Below are positions 27,583 through 37,088 of a DNA stretch of 51,483 nt, piece by piece. Below the pieces are notes generated by a model. It worked only from the letters and a program-made list of their open reading frames with translations, ran no database searches and was not told the DNA's origin. Each line of letters opens with the position of its first letter. The stretch's first letter is position 1. The position numbers and the translations under genes are program-made. Source of the stretch: Candidatus Thorarchaeota archaeon. Its GTDB lineage: Archaea > Asgardarchaeota > Thorarchaeia > Thorarchaeales > Thorarchaeaceae. The stretch covers positions 1 to 51,483 of the forward strand of contig JBHLRQ010000011.1 of assembly GCA_048882385.1 (NCBI GenBank), read 5' to 3'.

Positions 27583-28705
27583 CTCTCAAGATAAGACGTC
27601 TATCAATCGTATCAATAATTTCATCCAACTTCCTAATGTTATCAATATGAACAAATGCTCCAACACCCTCTTTGGCGATTGCTTCCATAATATCAATTTC
27701 AGATTTTATACCCATTGAAAACGCAAAAATCATCACCTTTGAATTCCCGCCATGGATTCTAGAAATCTTAACAGGATTTTGACCAGCAGTATATATCCCG
27801 CTTGAAAACAATAAGATTGCTGTTGGAAGATTGTTAGATTCAGATAGTGATTGAGCAATTATCAGACTTTCTTTCAAAGCTTCCCCAGGATTAGAGGGCA
27901 GATTCAAATTATCTTCAGAAATTTTTTTCACCCACTCTCTATATGCTCCTATAAGGGATGATGAATGGATGGATGTTCTCTCTACTTCTACTCCAGTTTC
28001 AGAATCAAAAGTCTTGAAATGAAATACTGTATCAGAAAATGCCATTCCAGCAAAGAGAACTTTCTTTCCAATACTCGTAAATTGTGCTTCAATTTTCTGG
28101 AGCGAAGATAAGATAGCTTCGTGACGAGAGATTTTTTGATCACCGGATAAGACATCAACAATCTGAGTTGCCGCGGCAGTTTCAACGATTATGCAGAGAT
28201 TATAGGGTTCAGAATCGCTGGGAGCAAGGCGGATCTTTAGGAGTTGGTTCCAAGATATTCTCGCACTTTTTGTAGAGGATTCAGTAGGTGTCATCGATAG
28301 GACACAAAGACTAAGTCCCAGTTTTGGTATGAACAAGTCTTGCCCTTCTTGCAATATTAGACCATCGATGAACTCCTGAAAATCATCAATCCGCTTTGAC
28401 ATTGCATGTGCCACTTTCTGGTTATCGAGGTCTCTTTTAGAGGTTACAGCTAGACGTATCTCATTACAAACTGGTATTTCATGCTGAACCAGCTCAAGTG
28501 TTATTCTGCAACCTTCATCTATTTCAAGAAGTTCTGATAGCCTTGAGTCAATTATGATTGTTCCAGTGGGAACTTTTTCTGAGGGGCGTATATCAGAAAT
28601 TGCTACTTTCCCATTGAATTCCATCTTGAAGATTCCTGAATCAGTATCTGTTGAAACAAAACAGAGCCCCTTTTGATCACGCCCTCTTAGCGCTCTTAGG
28701 TTCAA
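27569..28705 (-). CDS. CDC48-N-like + degenerate vWA protein (third paralogue)
   Basis: GTIIIDSRL..LEIDEGC, IDGLILQEG, LSMTP; YNLCIIVETAAATQIVDV (MIDAS lost), SRHEAIL, SNPGEAL, LFSSG, FAFSMG, IAKEGVG; TTG at 28705 (or CTG at 28708) after GGAGG. Confidence 0.75.
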   Translation of the reverse strand: MNLRALRGRDQKGLCFVSTDTDSGIFKMEFNGKVAISDIRPSEKVPTGTIIIDSRLSELLEIDEGCRITLELVQHEIPVCNEIRLAVTSKRDLDNQKVAHAMSKRIDDFQEFIDGLILQEGQDLFIPKLGLSLCVLSMTPTESSTKSARISWNQLLKIRLAPSDSEPYNLCIIVETAAATQIVDVLSGDQKISRHEAILSSLQKIEAQFTSIGKKVLFAGMAFSDTVFHFKTFDSETGVEVERTSIHSSSLIGAYREWVKKISEDNLNLPSNPGEALKESLIIAQSLSESNNLPTAILLFSSGIYTAGQNPVKISRIHGGNSKVMIFAFSMGIKSEIDIMEAIAKEGVGAFVHIDNIRKLDEIIDTIDRRLILRGDID

Positions 28706-28718
28706 CAGGCAACCTCCT

Positions 28719-29861
28719 TCAATGAATTCGAGTATTGTAGATTTGTGTTGCAACCGAGCGTGATCCATAAAAGACCTCTACTCGCAAGTTTGCTTTCCCC
28801 TTTGTATCAGTCATTGGGATGAAGCTAAGTTCTAGTTTGCGATCAGAATTTGGACTTATTTGATGATGTTCATTCGTAACCTCAGAAACTCCATCTGAGG
28901 TGACTAGTGACGCAATGACTCTAATTCCAACAACTGCGGCACTAGGATTCTTTACTCGTATATAGTAGTTGAATGCTTTACCAGCCACAATGTTGTTGGG
29001 TATCTCTCCCAAGTTTACAATCAAGTCTAACTGAGAGGTCGACAAAGGTTTCCCCTTGGGCCAACGAGATATTCTTCCGAGTTCTAGGAGACGCGAGAGT
29101 GATGTCTTCAATTCCCTCAATTCTAGCGATAGCTTTGAAGCAGCATCACCCAAGTCAAAGACTCCGTCATTCGCTTCGTAGTATGAGAGCACCTTTCTGT
29201 CAGCTTCGATGAGATCACTAACTCCTTCTAGTATCTGCATTATTGCCTCTGGAAGCTCATGTGCTTCCAACAATGAGTAGTACTTGCCTTCCTCAACAGC
29301 AGAGGCTATTTTCCTGAATGAATCTTCAACAAGGGGATTGCAACCACAAACAAATACAAACATCGTACTTCCATACTCTTTGCGAAATTGCTGAACTTCA
29401 GCTATGGGGTCATGACCTTTTGGACATCCTTCAGGAAAATAGTCATCGCTAATGCTATTGTAATTGCGACCATGTGGCGGAGCATCACCCACTAACAAGA
29501 GTACCTTGTAGGAATCTCGTTCCCATGACAGCTTTGTACGTGCATCGAATAGCCCATCAGCAACAGCCTCCGGAGTATCGCCACCTTCAGAAGGGTTTAG
29601 CGACGATATGAGTTTGTGAACGCTTTTGATCTTTGGTGAGAAATCAAAGACTTTGGTTACATACGATCGATCTTGAGGAGGATGATCACGATAGGACACA
29701 ATTCCAAACCGAATCTCAAGACTTTCTGTTTTACGCGATATATGGTCAACAATTTCAAAGAGACTATTCCTGACTGCTTGGATATCATCCTTCATTGAAC
29801 CAGTTGTATCTACAACAAATGCTACGTCTAGTTTGGTGGAGGCCAGCCTAATCCACTCCAA
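28719..29861 (-). CDS. vWA domain (intact MIDAS, vwkA-like subtype) + winged helix + Ig-like domain
   Basis: LDVAFVVDTTGSM, YRDHPPQD, GGDTPEAVADGL, GDAPPHG, FPEGCP; wHTH DLGDAASKLSLELRELKTSLSRLLELGRI; beta-rich tail; start may be CTG at 29846. Confidence 0.88.
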   Translation of the reverse strand: MEWIRLASTKLDVAFVVDTTGSMKDDIQAVRNSLFEIVDHISRKTESLEIRFGIVSYRDHPPQDRSYVTKVFDFSPKIKSVHKLISSLNPSEGGDTPEAVADGLFDARTKLSWERDSYKVLLLVGDAPPHGRNYNSISDDYFPEGCPKGHDPIAEVQQFRKEYGSTMFVFVCGCNPLVEDSFRKIASAVEEGKYYSLLEAHELPEAIMQILEGVSDLIEADRKVLSYYEANDGVFDLGDAASKLSLELRELKTSLSRLLELGRISRWPKGKPLSTSQLDLIVNLGEIPNNIVAGKAFNYYIRVKNPSAAVVGIRVIASLVTSDGVSEVTNEHHQISPNSDRKLELSFIPMTDTKGKANLRVEVFYGSRSVATQIYNTRIH

Positions 29862-29944
29862 ATCAACCAGTGTTCATGACCAATTAAGCCTTTGCTGCTA
29901 AGCAGAACGCAGCACATTTTAGGAGCTATTTACGGTGGAAGTAT

Positions 29945-30334
29945 ATGGGCGAAGTGAGTGATACAGACCTTTTACTTGAGTTCATTTTTGAAGGAGGTCT
30001 TATTCTCAAAGGCATTATTAACAGAATCCATGCTCCACTGATAGTTGAAGAGATAAAATCTAGACTTCCATTCGAAGGTCGGACTGCATTGATGGGTGGA
30101 GAAATGAAGATTACATTGGGGATATCAAAAGGAAATGCAAAGCCAACAAAAGATGTCAAGAAAGCTGACATAGCATACCAACCACTTGGCGACTCCTTGG
30201 ATATCTATCTTAACGATACTAGTACTTTTAGTCAAGTGAACATACTTGGCAGAATAACCTCAGATGACGAAGAACTTGGAAAATTGGCTAATGTAAGAAG
30301 AGGTAGTCTAGTGACTATCAGGATGGTAAGCTGA
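29945..30334 (+). CDS. Cyclophilin-like fold protein (DUF369/TM1367-type)
   Basis: APLIVEEIKSRLPF, ADIAYQPLGDSLDIY, SQVNILGRI. Confidence 0.75.
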   Translation: MGEVSDTDLLLEFIFEGGLILKGIINRIHAPLIVEEIKSRLPFEGRTALMGGEMKITLGISKGNAKPTKDVKKADIAYQPLGDSLDIYLNDTSTFSQVNILGRITSDDEELGKLANVRRGSLVTIRMVS

Positions 30335-30353
30335 GAAATAGAAGAATCAAAAG

Positions 30354-30896
30354 TTACAGATTCTTTATGATTGCTTCCTGCTCATCGACTTTCTTTTCTT
30401 CGGGATCTACGACCATGCCGGGTTCATGTGTTTCAATCAAGACCTCAATTCCAGAATGTTCGACACGTTTTACTCCATTGCTTGATAGTGCACGAACACG
30501 CAGCTGAGTGGTGTTGAATTCTGTCTTGTCAGATGTTTCAACAGCTTGTGTTTCTCGACGGAGCTTGGTCTTGGAAATCCGAACTTGCTCTTTTAGTTCG
30601 GCAACCTGTACTTGGAGTTTTTTACGTTCTGAACTCTCTTGATCAAGCTGCGTCTTTAATTCGTCATGCGTGACACGAGTAACATAATCCTTGGTCTTGT
30701 CAACCCATGTAACAATAGTACCATCAAATTTCCGTGTAGTTGTGACCTGGCCTAGTGCTCTAAGAACTGCAATAACATCATAGACCCTTCTTTTTGGAGT
30801 GTTCAGAGTTTCAGCTAGAATATCACTTCTGATTCCAACCTCCCCACACTCCCTTAGAACCCTAACTGACTCTTTAGCCAGATCTACTAGCTTCAA
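30354..30896 (-). CDS. E2F/DP-family-like winged-helix DNA-binding protein with coiled coil
   Basis: LAETLNTPKRRVYDVIAVLRALG...VTWVD matches the E2F/DP recognition helix (RRxYD..vL..lG...W); followed by heptad coiled coil. Confidence 0.8.
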   Translation of the reverse strand: MKLVDLAKESVRVLRECGEVGIRSDILAETLNTPKRRVYDVIAVLRALGQVTTTRKFDGTIVTWVDKTKDYVTRVTHDELKTQLDQESSERKKLQVQVAELKEQVRISKTKLRRETQAVETSDKTEFNTTQLRVRALSSNGVKRVEHSGIEVLIETHEPGMVVDPEEKKVDEQEAIIKNL

Positions 30897-31236
30897 CTAT
30901 GCACCCCACTGAAATCCGGCGGCTTGCTCAAAAGAGCACACTTCCATCATATTTATCGTGCCCCGTATATATGGGTTTGTAATTTCCATATTATACGCGT
31001 CCGTCCCGATTTATCGAACGTATTACTGACATACTACATTTTAAGGAATCTAGTAAAATCGCCCGAGTATCTTTCGAAAAATGAAAATCAGCATTATTCG
31101 TCACAGTCTCCGATAATTCGTAGCGGATATTGAAGAAATAGTCCCTACACATCCTTATGACTAGACCAGACATTTTTTAACGTGGAAGAAAAGTCGAGGC
31201 TTTAAATCCGCCCTGTATTTTGGAGTGGAGATATCG

Positions 31237-32568
31237 ATGAGTAAGAAAAAAGTAATAATCATGGGAGCAGCTGGTCGCGATTTCCATAATTTCAACACGT
31301 ATTTCCGCGACAATGAAGACTATGAGGTTGTTGCATTCACAGCCGAACAGATTCCAGGAATCGGTGACAGAATGTACCCACCAGAGCTCTCGGGCCCACT
31401 CTATCCGAAGGGAATCAAAATCTATCCGGAAGAAAAATTGCCCGAACTCATCAAAGAATTTGAAGTTGAACAATGCATTCTTGCATATTCTGATCTTCCA
31501 TACGAGGTGGTTGGTAATAAGATTGCTTGGGTAAATAGCTTAGGTCCAGATCTTCGCCTGATGGGTCCAGATCTAACAATGATAAAGAGTTCCAAGCCAG
31601 TTGTTGCAATCTGCGCGGTCAGAACAGGTTGTGGTAAGAGTCAGACATCAAGACGTGTTAATCAGATTCTCGTTGATATGGGATTAAAGCCGGTCAATAT
31701 CAGACATCCGATGCCATATGACCCAGATCTAACTACCCAGATTGCACAGAGGTACGAGAAGCTTGAGGATTTGGACATGTATCGTTGTACAATTGAAGAA
31801 AGAGAAGAGTATGAGCCTATGATAAACATGGGTGTCATCCTTTATGCAGGAGTTGACTATGGCAAGATTCTCGAGCAAGCTGAAAAAGAAGCAGATGTCA
31901 TTACATGGGATGGAGGAAACAACGACTTTCCATTTTACAAGCCAGACCTTTTAATCGTCATTACGGATCCTCATCGTCCTGGCCATGAAATCTCATACTA
32001 CCCTGGTGAAACTAATCTCAGGATGGCAGATGTCGTGGTGATCAACAAGATTGACACTGCAGATTATGATGATGTAGAAGAGGTCAGAGAGAACATTATG
32101 TTTACAAATAGCAGGGCAATGATTGTGGATGCTGCATCTCCACTCACTATCGAGAACATGGAAATGATCAGAGGTAAGCGAGTCATAGTTGTTGAAGATG
32201 GTCCAACTGTTACGCACGGTGACATGCCATATGGTGCAGGCTACATTGCAGCAAGAAAAGCTGGTGCAATAATTGTCGACCCACGACCATTCGCAGTTGG
32301 AAGTATCAAAGTCACTTTTGAGAAGTATCCACATCTCGAAGATGTCTTACCTGCAATGGGCTATGGTAAGAAACAGATGGATGAGCTTCAGCAGACAATA
32401 AACAAGTCAGATGTGGAGGCAATTGTCATTGGTACTCCCATTGACCTTAATCGAGTTGTAAAGATTGACAAACCAAATGTCAGAGTCAAGTATGACCTTC
32501 AAGAAATTGGCAGACCCAATCTTGAAGACGTTTTGAAGGAGTTTGTCAAAAAACATAATCTGAAGTAG
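31237..32568 (+). CDS. COG2403-type P-loop protein (cyclic 2,3-diphosphoglycerate synthetase-like; arginine synthetase ArcE-like)
   Basis: MGAAGRDFHNFN, AVRTGCGKSQ, RHPMPY, TIEEREEYEP, WDGGNND, VEDGPTVTHG, LPAMGY. Confidence 0.85.
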   Translation: MSKKKVIIMGAAGRDFHNFNTYFRDNEDYEVVAFTAEQIPGIGDRMYPPELSGPLYPKGIKIYPEEKLPELIKEFEVEQCILAYSDLPYEVVGNKIAWVNSLGPDLRLMGPDLTMIKSSKPVVAICAVRTGCGKSQTSRRVNQILVDMGLKPVNIRHPMPYDPDLTTQIAQRYEKLEDLDMYRCTIEEREEYEPMINMGVILYAGVDYGKILEQAEKEADVITWDGGNNDFPFYKPDLLIVITDPHRPGHEISYYPGETNLRMADVVVINKIDTADYDDVEEVRENIMFTNSRAMIVDAASPLTIENMEMIRGKRVIVVEDGPTVTHGDMPYGAGYIAARKAGAIIVDPRPFAVGSIKVTFEKYPHLEDVLPAMGYGKKQMDELQQTINKSDVEAIVIGTPIDLNRVVKIDKPNVRVKYDLQEIGRPNLEDVLKEFVKKHNLK

Positions 32569-32620
32569 AGTTGAAAGGGGAGAAGATCACCCATCCTCCT
32601 TTTCTCTTCATTTTGAATTC

Positions 32621-33577
32621 TCATAGTACATACTCTGGAAGATCTGATCCACTTATTCCGTGTCGAGAACTTAAATCTCGATAAATAACAGCAATGAAAA
32701 TCAGATTCGGGGCACTGAAGAACAGTGCAGAAATTGCAGTTTGTATGACAATTCCTAAAGGATCCAAATACATGATTGCTGTCACTCCAAATGAAACAAG
32801 AATTCCCAAAATACCTACTGCTAATATGATGAGAATCTGACTACCGAAAACATGGAAGAAATTTCCACTTGTCATTTCCCATGCTTTCTTCAATGAGTCA
32901 ATTGCAGATAGGTCAGTATCCATAACAATAGCGAGAGCAGGAACTAATCTAACAGTGATATAGACTATGAAAATTCCACCAGCAAAAAGTAACATTGAGG
33001 CCATCATCATTTGTTGGATAGCTTCTGGAGTGATTATTGGATTGAAAGGATCGGATATATCAATACCTTCCAAGGCACTTCCCATCAATGCAATACTAGG
33101 TCCCGTCACAATAGACACAATGATCGTCATAATTAACTGGATAACAATAATCCTACCAATTCTTCCGAATGCGTGTGAGAAACTCACTCCAATCTCTGCA
33201 TTTTGACCTGCATAATCATCAAGAGCAAATTTGATTCCCGCTCCGCTCAGAATAGCATTGATGATAAACGCGATTATCCCAAATCCAACTGTGGTTGCTA
33301 TCAAAGTCATATCAGGCAGTGTTGAGAGAGAGAAGATACCGAAAAGATAGGTAATCGGATCTTCTGATATTACTCCAATTCTCCCGAATATGGTAAGCAG
33401 AAGAATGAAGGAAACTAGTGTTATTGCAACACTTGCAATTCCCACAATAACAATGTACTGGACAAGCTTGCGAGCCCACAAGCTTAGGGTCTGTGAAACT
33501 ATACCAGTAGCACTAAGAGTGTAATCCTCAACACCTGGCTGAGATGCATCTACGCCCAATCCATCTTCGAAAGCCAT
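32621..33577 (-). CDS. Hypothetical multi-pass membrane protein
   Basis: Multiple TM segments; AIDSLKKAWEMTSGNFF motif typical of a widespread membrane family; ATG after GGGAGG. Confidence 0.8.
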   Translation of the reverse strand: MAFEDGLGVDASQPGVEDYTLSATGIVSQTLSLWARKLVQYIVIVGIASVAITLVSFILLLTIFGRIGVISEDPITYLFGIFSLSTLPDMTLIATTVGFGIIAFIINAILSGAGIKFALDDYAGQNAEIGVSFSHAFGRIGRIIVIQLIMTIIVSIVTGPSIALMGSALEGIDISDPFNPIITPEAIQQMMMASMLLFAGGIFIVYITVRLVPALAIVMDTDLSAIDSLKKAWEMTSGNFFHVFGSQILIILAVGILGILVSFGVTAIMYLDPLGIVIQTAISALFFSAPNLIFIAVIYRDLSSRHGISGSDLPEYVL

Positions 33578-33681
33578 AGATTTTCCTCCCACTCATAAAA
33601 TCCAATATACTTGGTTATAATTGCTCCGCAGAATCAAACATCGTGAGTTGGTTGTGAAAGCTAGTCCTAGAACATTGATTA

Positions 33682-35283
33682 TCATGCTGGCTTAGGTCGG
33701 TTGTCAACAATCTCCATGAATTTCATTCCACCTGCTCGCTCAACCAGTTCTTCAAACCCGATTATGGCTACACTAGGAGTAACCTCAGTGTTTGTCTTCG
33801 TCATCTTCTGAATCTCTTGTATCAGTGATTTGTATTCACCTGGCACAGGTCCCCTTGGAGCTACATAGAGGATTAAAGCATCCATACTATACGGGTCAGA
33901 CATGTCTTCTTTTGCAACCTCGATTTGAATCTCTTCAACTTCACTGATTGCAAGAAGCATTTCTCTAAGCGCTGTTAGATTAACTGTTGCACCTTTGATC
34001 TTCTTTTCACTCATTCCCATGATATCCAACTGCGCCTGCGCATCATTCGTCCTACCAATATCCCAGAAGAAAGGACCATCAAATTCGCAGTGTGGGCACT
34101 TGCCTTTTTCTTGATGAGATGCAACATCTCCCAAGAGGAATCCTTCAAACACAGACCCAGTACCATCAAGATGGAAAAGGCACATGTGACCAGATTCATC
34201 ATCTCCTACAAAATCATATGTCCCATCATCGTTGAACTTAATGAGTTCGAATGCAAGCATTAACGGAGAAACATTATGATACGGTCCATGTCGATCACAC
34301 TGAACCGCGAATGAGATCTTGCTCTCTGAAGATGCGTATCCTCCAACAACTCGCACCTCTTTTGCACCTTTCTCTGTCAAGGTAACAATCATATCATCAA
34401 CAGCTGGTTCGTATATTTTTTCCCCAGCCAAAAGCATGACACATTTTTCAGGTGCCTTGTAATCTTTCGTTTCCTTCATTGTTCTGAAGAATCTGTTCCG
34501 AAGGTAGCTTGGCATTCCAGCAAAACCATTCACGTTGAACAAACCTGCCAGTTCAACCAATCTTTCACTAGGAATCGCTCCTCCGGCACTTGTCGCTACA
34601 TAGAACTTGGACATCTGCCTGAGACCTAAATTCACAGCATGCCAACCGAGATGTGGTGCGTATGGAAAGAGGTTCATACTAGTTAGTTCCCAACCGCTAT
34701 TAACAAATGGATCAATTGCCATCTGCCCAACTTTCACACAATTCTTGTACAACAAATCGTTGTCATAACGGGTAAGGAACACAGGAGAAGGTAGACCAGA
34801 AGCTCTCCCGGAACTGAACCAAAACTGTAGTGGCGAGAACTGATATGTAGCACGCTCCTTAATTCGAGCTGTTGCCGATGCTTTTCCGATTCCAAGCTTG
34901 ACTTTTGCTCCATTGTTACGAATGAATTTTGCAAGTTCCTTGTGACCAGCTTCATTTGCGTATTTCATCAGATTACCAATTGCTTCAGAAGATTCGCGTG
35001 GTTTGCCATCAACTTCTGTTGGATTCAAAACGAATTTCTGAATGTTTTCTCTGTAATCGACTTTTTTGACAAGAGGAATATTATACTTAGCCCAGTCTTC
35101 AATGCATGTGATGCTAAATGGATCAATGTTGTTGTCTTTGAAGAGTTTCCGATAGTATTGGTGATTTGGCCATACTTGATACCGGATGAATGCCCTGAAC
35201 TTCTTGTCTTGAATCTCCTTTATCTCACGATGGTTTGTTTTCTTCAGCTCTTGGAAAGTGAAAGTGTCTTTTGTCATGCACAC
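33682..35283 (-). CDS. Phenylacetate-CoA ligase/F390 synthetase-like adenylate-forming enzyme
   Basis: YYRKLF, IPLVKK, FSSGRASG (P-loop variant), GMPSYL, AGEKI, GYASSE, GD, IGR, KIKGATV. Confidence 0.8.
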   Translation of the reverse strand: MCMTKDTFTFQELKKTNHREIKEIQDKKFRAFIRYQVWPNHQYYRKLFKDNNIDPFSITCIEDWAKYNIPLVKKVDYRENIQKFVLNPTEVDGKPRESSEAIGNLMKYANEAGHKELAKFIRNNGAKVKLGIGKASATARIKERATYQFSPLQFWFSSGRASGLPSPVFLTRYDNDLLYKNCVKVGQMAIDPFVNSGWELTSMNLFPYAPHLGWHAVNLGLRQMSKFYVATSAGGAIPSERLVELAGLFNVNGFAGMPSYLRNRFFRTMKETKDYKAPEKCVMLLAGEKIYEPAVDDMIVTLTEKGAKEVRVVGGYASSESKISFAVQCDRHGPYHNVSPLMLAFELIKFNDDGTYDFVGDDESGHMCLFHLDGTGSVFEGFLLGDVASHQEKGKCPHCEFDGPFFWDIGRTNDAQAQLDIMGMSEKKIKGATVNLTALREMLLAISEVEEIQIEVAKEDMSDPYSMDALILYVAPRGPVPGEYKSLIQEIQKMTKTNTEVTPSVAIIGFEELVERAGGMKFMEIVDNRPKPA

Positions 35284-35452
35284 ACATCCGATTATTAATG
35301 CAGCAAGATGCGCGACTCAGCCCAGCATAAGAAAGTTGTGAGTAATAATAATGTAGGAAATACACGCACTTAAGGGTCTGAAGTAGAAACCCATAATAGA
35401 TAATACCACAGTGACCAAATGACTTAGAAAGTCTGTCAGGAGTGAATCTTCG

Positions 35453-35884
35453 TTGTCAGAAGCTGACGAAAAACTTCAGAAAGGCATTATTGAACTTGAC
35501 AAAGGAAACGACAAGAAGGCTTTCAGCCTCTTCAAAGAGGTTTTCGAAGAACGCCAAGGAAGACTCCTGAAAAAAGTTCAAGACAATCCCAAATCCCCAA
35601 CGTTGATGCTTGATGCATTATATATGATTCATGGGCTAGTGTGGTTAAGAGTTGCTGAAGCTGGAAAAGACAAGAAACACAGTGTTGAACTACTTGGAAA
35701 AGCTGTGGGAACAGTTGAAGCAGCCAGAAGTGCCTTAGGACCTCTTGTGTCAGGTCTGGCTCAATGGGCAAAAGAACAGAATATCAAAGTTGTTCACAAC
35801 AAAGCTCTTGGACTCCTTGCAGCGACAAAAGATCTTGAAGATATGGCAAAGAAAGCTCTCGAAGCTAGCCGTCGTATGGGTTAG
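35453..35884 (+). CDS. Hypothetical helical protein
   Basis: 143-aa ORF, AGGAGTG RBS before TTG. Confidence 0.75.
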   Translation: MSEADEKLQKGIIELDKGNDKKAFSLFKEVFEERQGRLLKKVQDNPKSPTLMLDALYMIHGLVWLRVAEAGKDKKHSVELLGKAVGTVEAARSALGPLVSGLAQWAKEQNIKVVHNKALGLLAATKDLEDMAKKALEASRRMG

Positions 35885-35913
35885 AGAGATTCCGAAAATA
35901 GCATCAAAAAGGG

Positions 35914-36261
35914 TTAATCGTTATTCCTTTTTTTCATATGTTCGATCCATTCGTCAACAGGAAAGCGTTTTTCCATTAATTCGAGTTCTGAAAGTACTGC
36001 AGATTCGAGATCGATGTCAAATGAATTAGCAATCTGAGTAAAAAGATTGAAAGATTGAGCAAATTCACGGGACAAGTCCTCCTTTTTTGGAGCATCGTGT
36101 CCCAGCCCAACTACTTTGTATCCTTCACTTATGGTAATATGACGAGATATTTCACCCAATTCTTCAATCAAATGTGCAAAGACAAGTGATGCAGGGAACT
36201 TGTCCCAGCCACGGTCTTTATCGAATTTGTCAAGCTTGGTTTGAATTTCCTTAAGATGCAT
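35914..36261 (-). CDS. MazG-like nucleotide pyrophosphohydrolase domain protein
   Basis: RGW, HLIEELGEI, REFAQ (D replaced by Q), IDLESAV. Confidence 0.8.
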   Translation of the reverse strand: MHLKEIQTKLDKFDKDRGWDKFPASLVFAHLIEELGEISRHITISEGYKVVGLGHDAPKKEDLSREFAQSFNLFTQIANSFDIDLESAVLSELELMEKRFPVDEWIEHMKKRNND

Positions 36262-36969
36262 TTACATCATCCTCTTCGCAATTTGTAGTACTTGTGCACG
36301 GGCATGGTCCAGCGCAGATGTGGGAGGATTTGCCAAAGGTCCAAGCGGTGTATCCTCTGGAAGGGATTCCCCTCCAAGGAACATAGCCTCGCTAACAATA
36401 TTCATCATCTCAACAGGAGGAAGAATTGCACATGCAAGTTTGGTTCCTTGTTTGAGTCCTTGGATGTTTGTCACAATTCTCCATATTCTTGAACCATCTG
36501 TACATCGACATTCTGTGAGGTTCTTGGAATCAGGAACACCATGAGCTTGACTAATCTCAACAGCAACAATATCCACTGCATGACCAGGATCGTCATCAAA
36601 ATCACGGAGTTTTTGTATGAAATGCTCGAAAATACGAAATGAATAGAAGACTTCTGCTAGACTGAGTGTTTCTTTCAAAGATGTTGGTTTGTATCCTGTT
36701 GTTTTGATAGCGTCTTCAAGAACAACCTTGAAAGATAATATAGCGTCGACAATGTTCTGTGTTGATTCAAGATCGGCGACTTGTTCTGCAGGTATATATG
36801 AATACTTTATTTCGTATATCAGACTCCCTGCTTGCTGGAGAGATTGAACGAGCTTTGAATAATCCACATGTAGTTTCAATTTTCGATTACCCACAACTTC
36901 AGTCAACCGTCTGAGAGCATCTTCCAATACTAGTATTCTAGCATCTTTAGCAGTGTCCAAAAATGTCAC
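36262..36969 (-). CDS. Archaeal tRNA-binding (C-terminal EMAP/Trbp OB-fold) protein
   Basis: IYEIKYSY, AVDIVAVEI, RIVTNI, ILPPVEMMNIVSEAMFLG. Confidence 0.82.
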   Translation of the reverse strand: MTFLDTAKDARILVLEDALRRLTEVVGNRKLKLHVDYSKLVQSLQQAGSLIYEIKYSYIPAEQVADLESTQNIVDAILSFKVVLEDAIKTTGYKPTSLKETLSLAEVFYSFRIFEHFIQKLRDFDDDPGHAVDIVAVEISQAHGVPDSKNLTECRCTDGSRIWRIVTNIQGLKQGTKLACAILPPVEMMNIVSEAMFLGGESLPEDTPLGPLANPPTSALDHARAQVLQIAKRMM

Positions 36970-37088
36970 CGAAATTAAGGAAACAGAGGATATTGATAAA
37001 CCTCTCTCATAAAAGAGGAGGTCACACGAATTGATATAAAGACAGGCGCAATATGCCAGCTTGACTTCAGCAGTGGGAGATACGTACT

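Noticed and set aside
35914-36261. MazG-like gene as part of a toxin-antitoxin or defence system
   Set aside because: No toxin or defence neighbours; it is coupled to a tRNA-binding protein gene and looks like housekeeping
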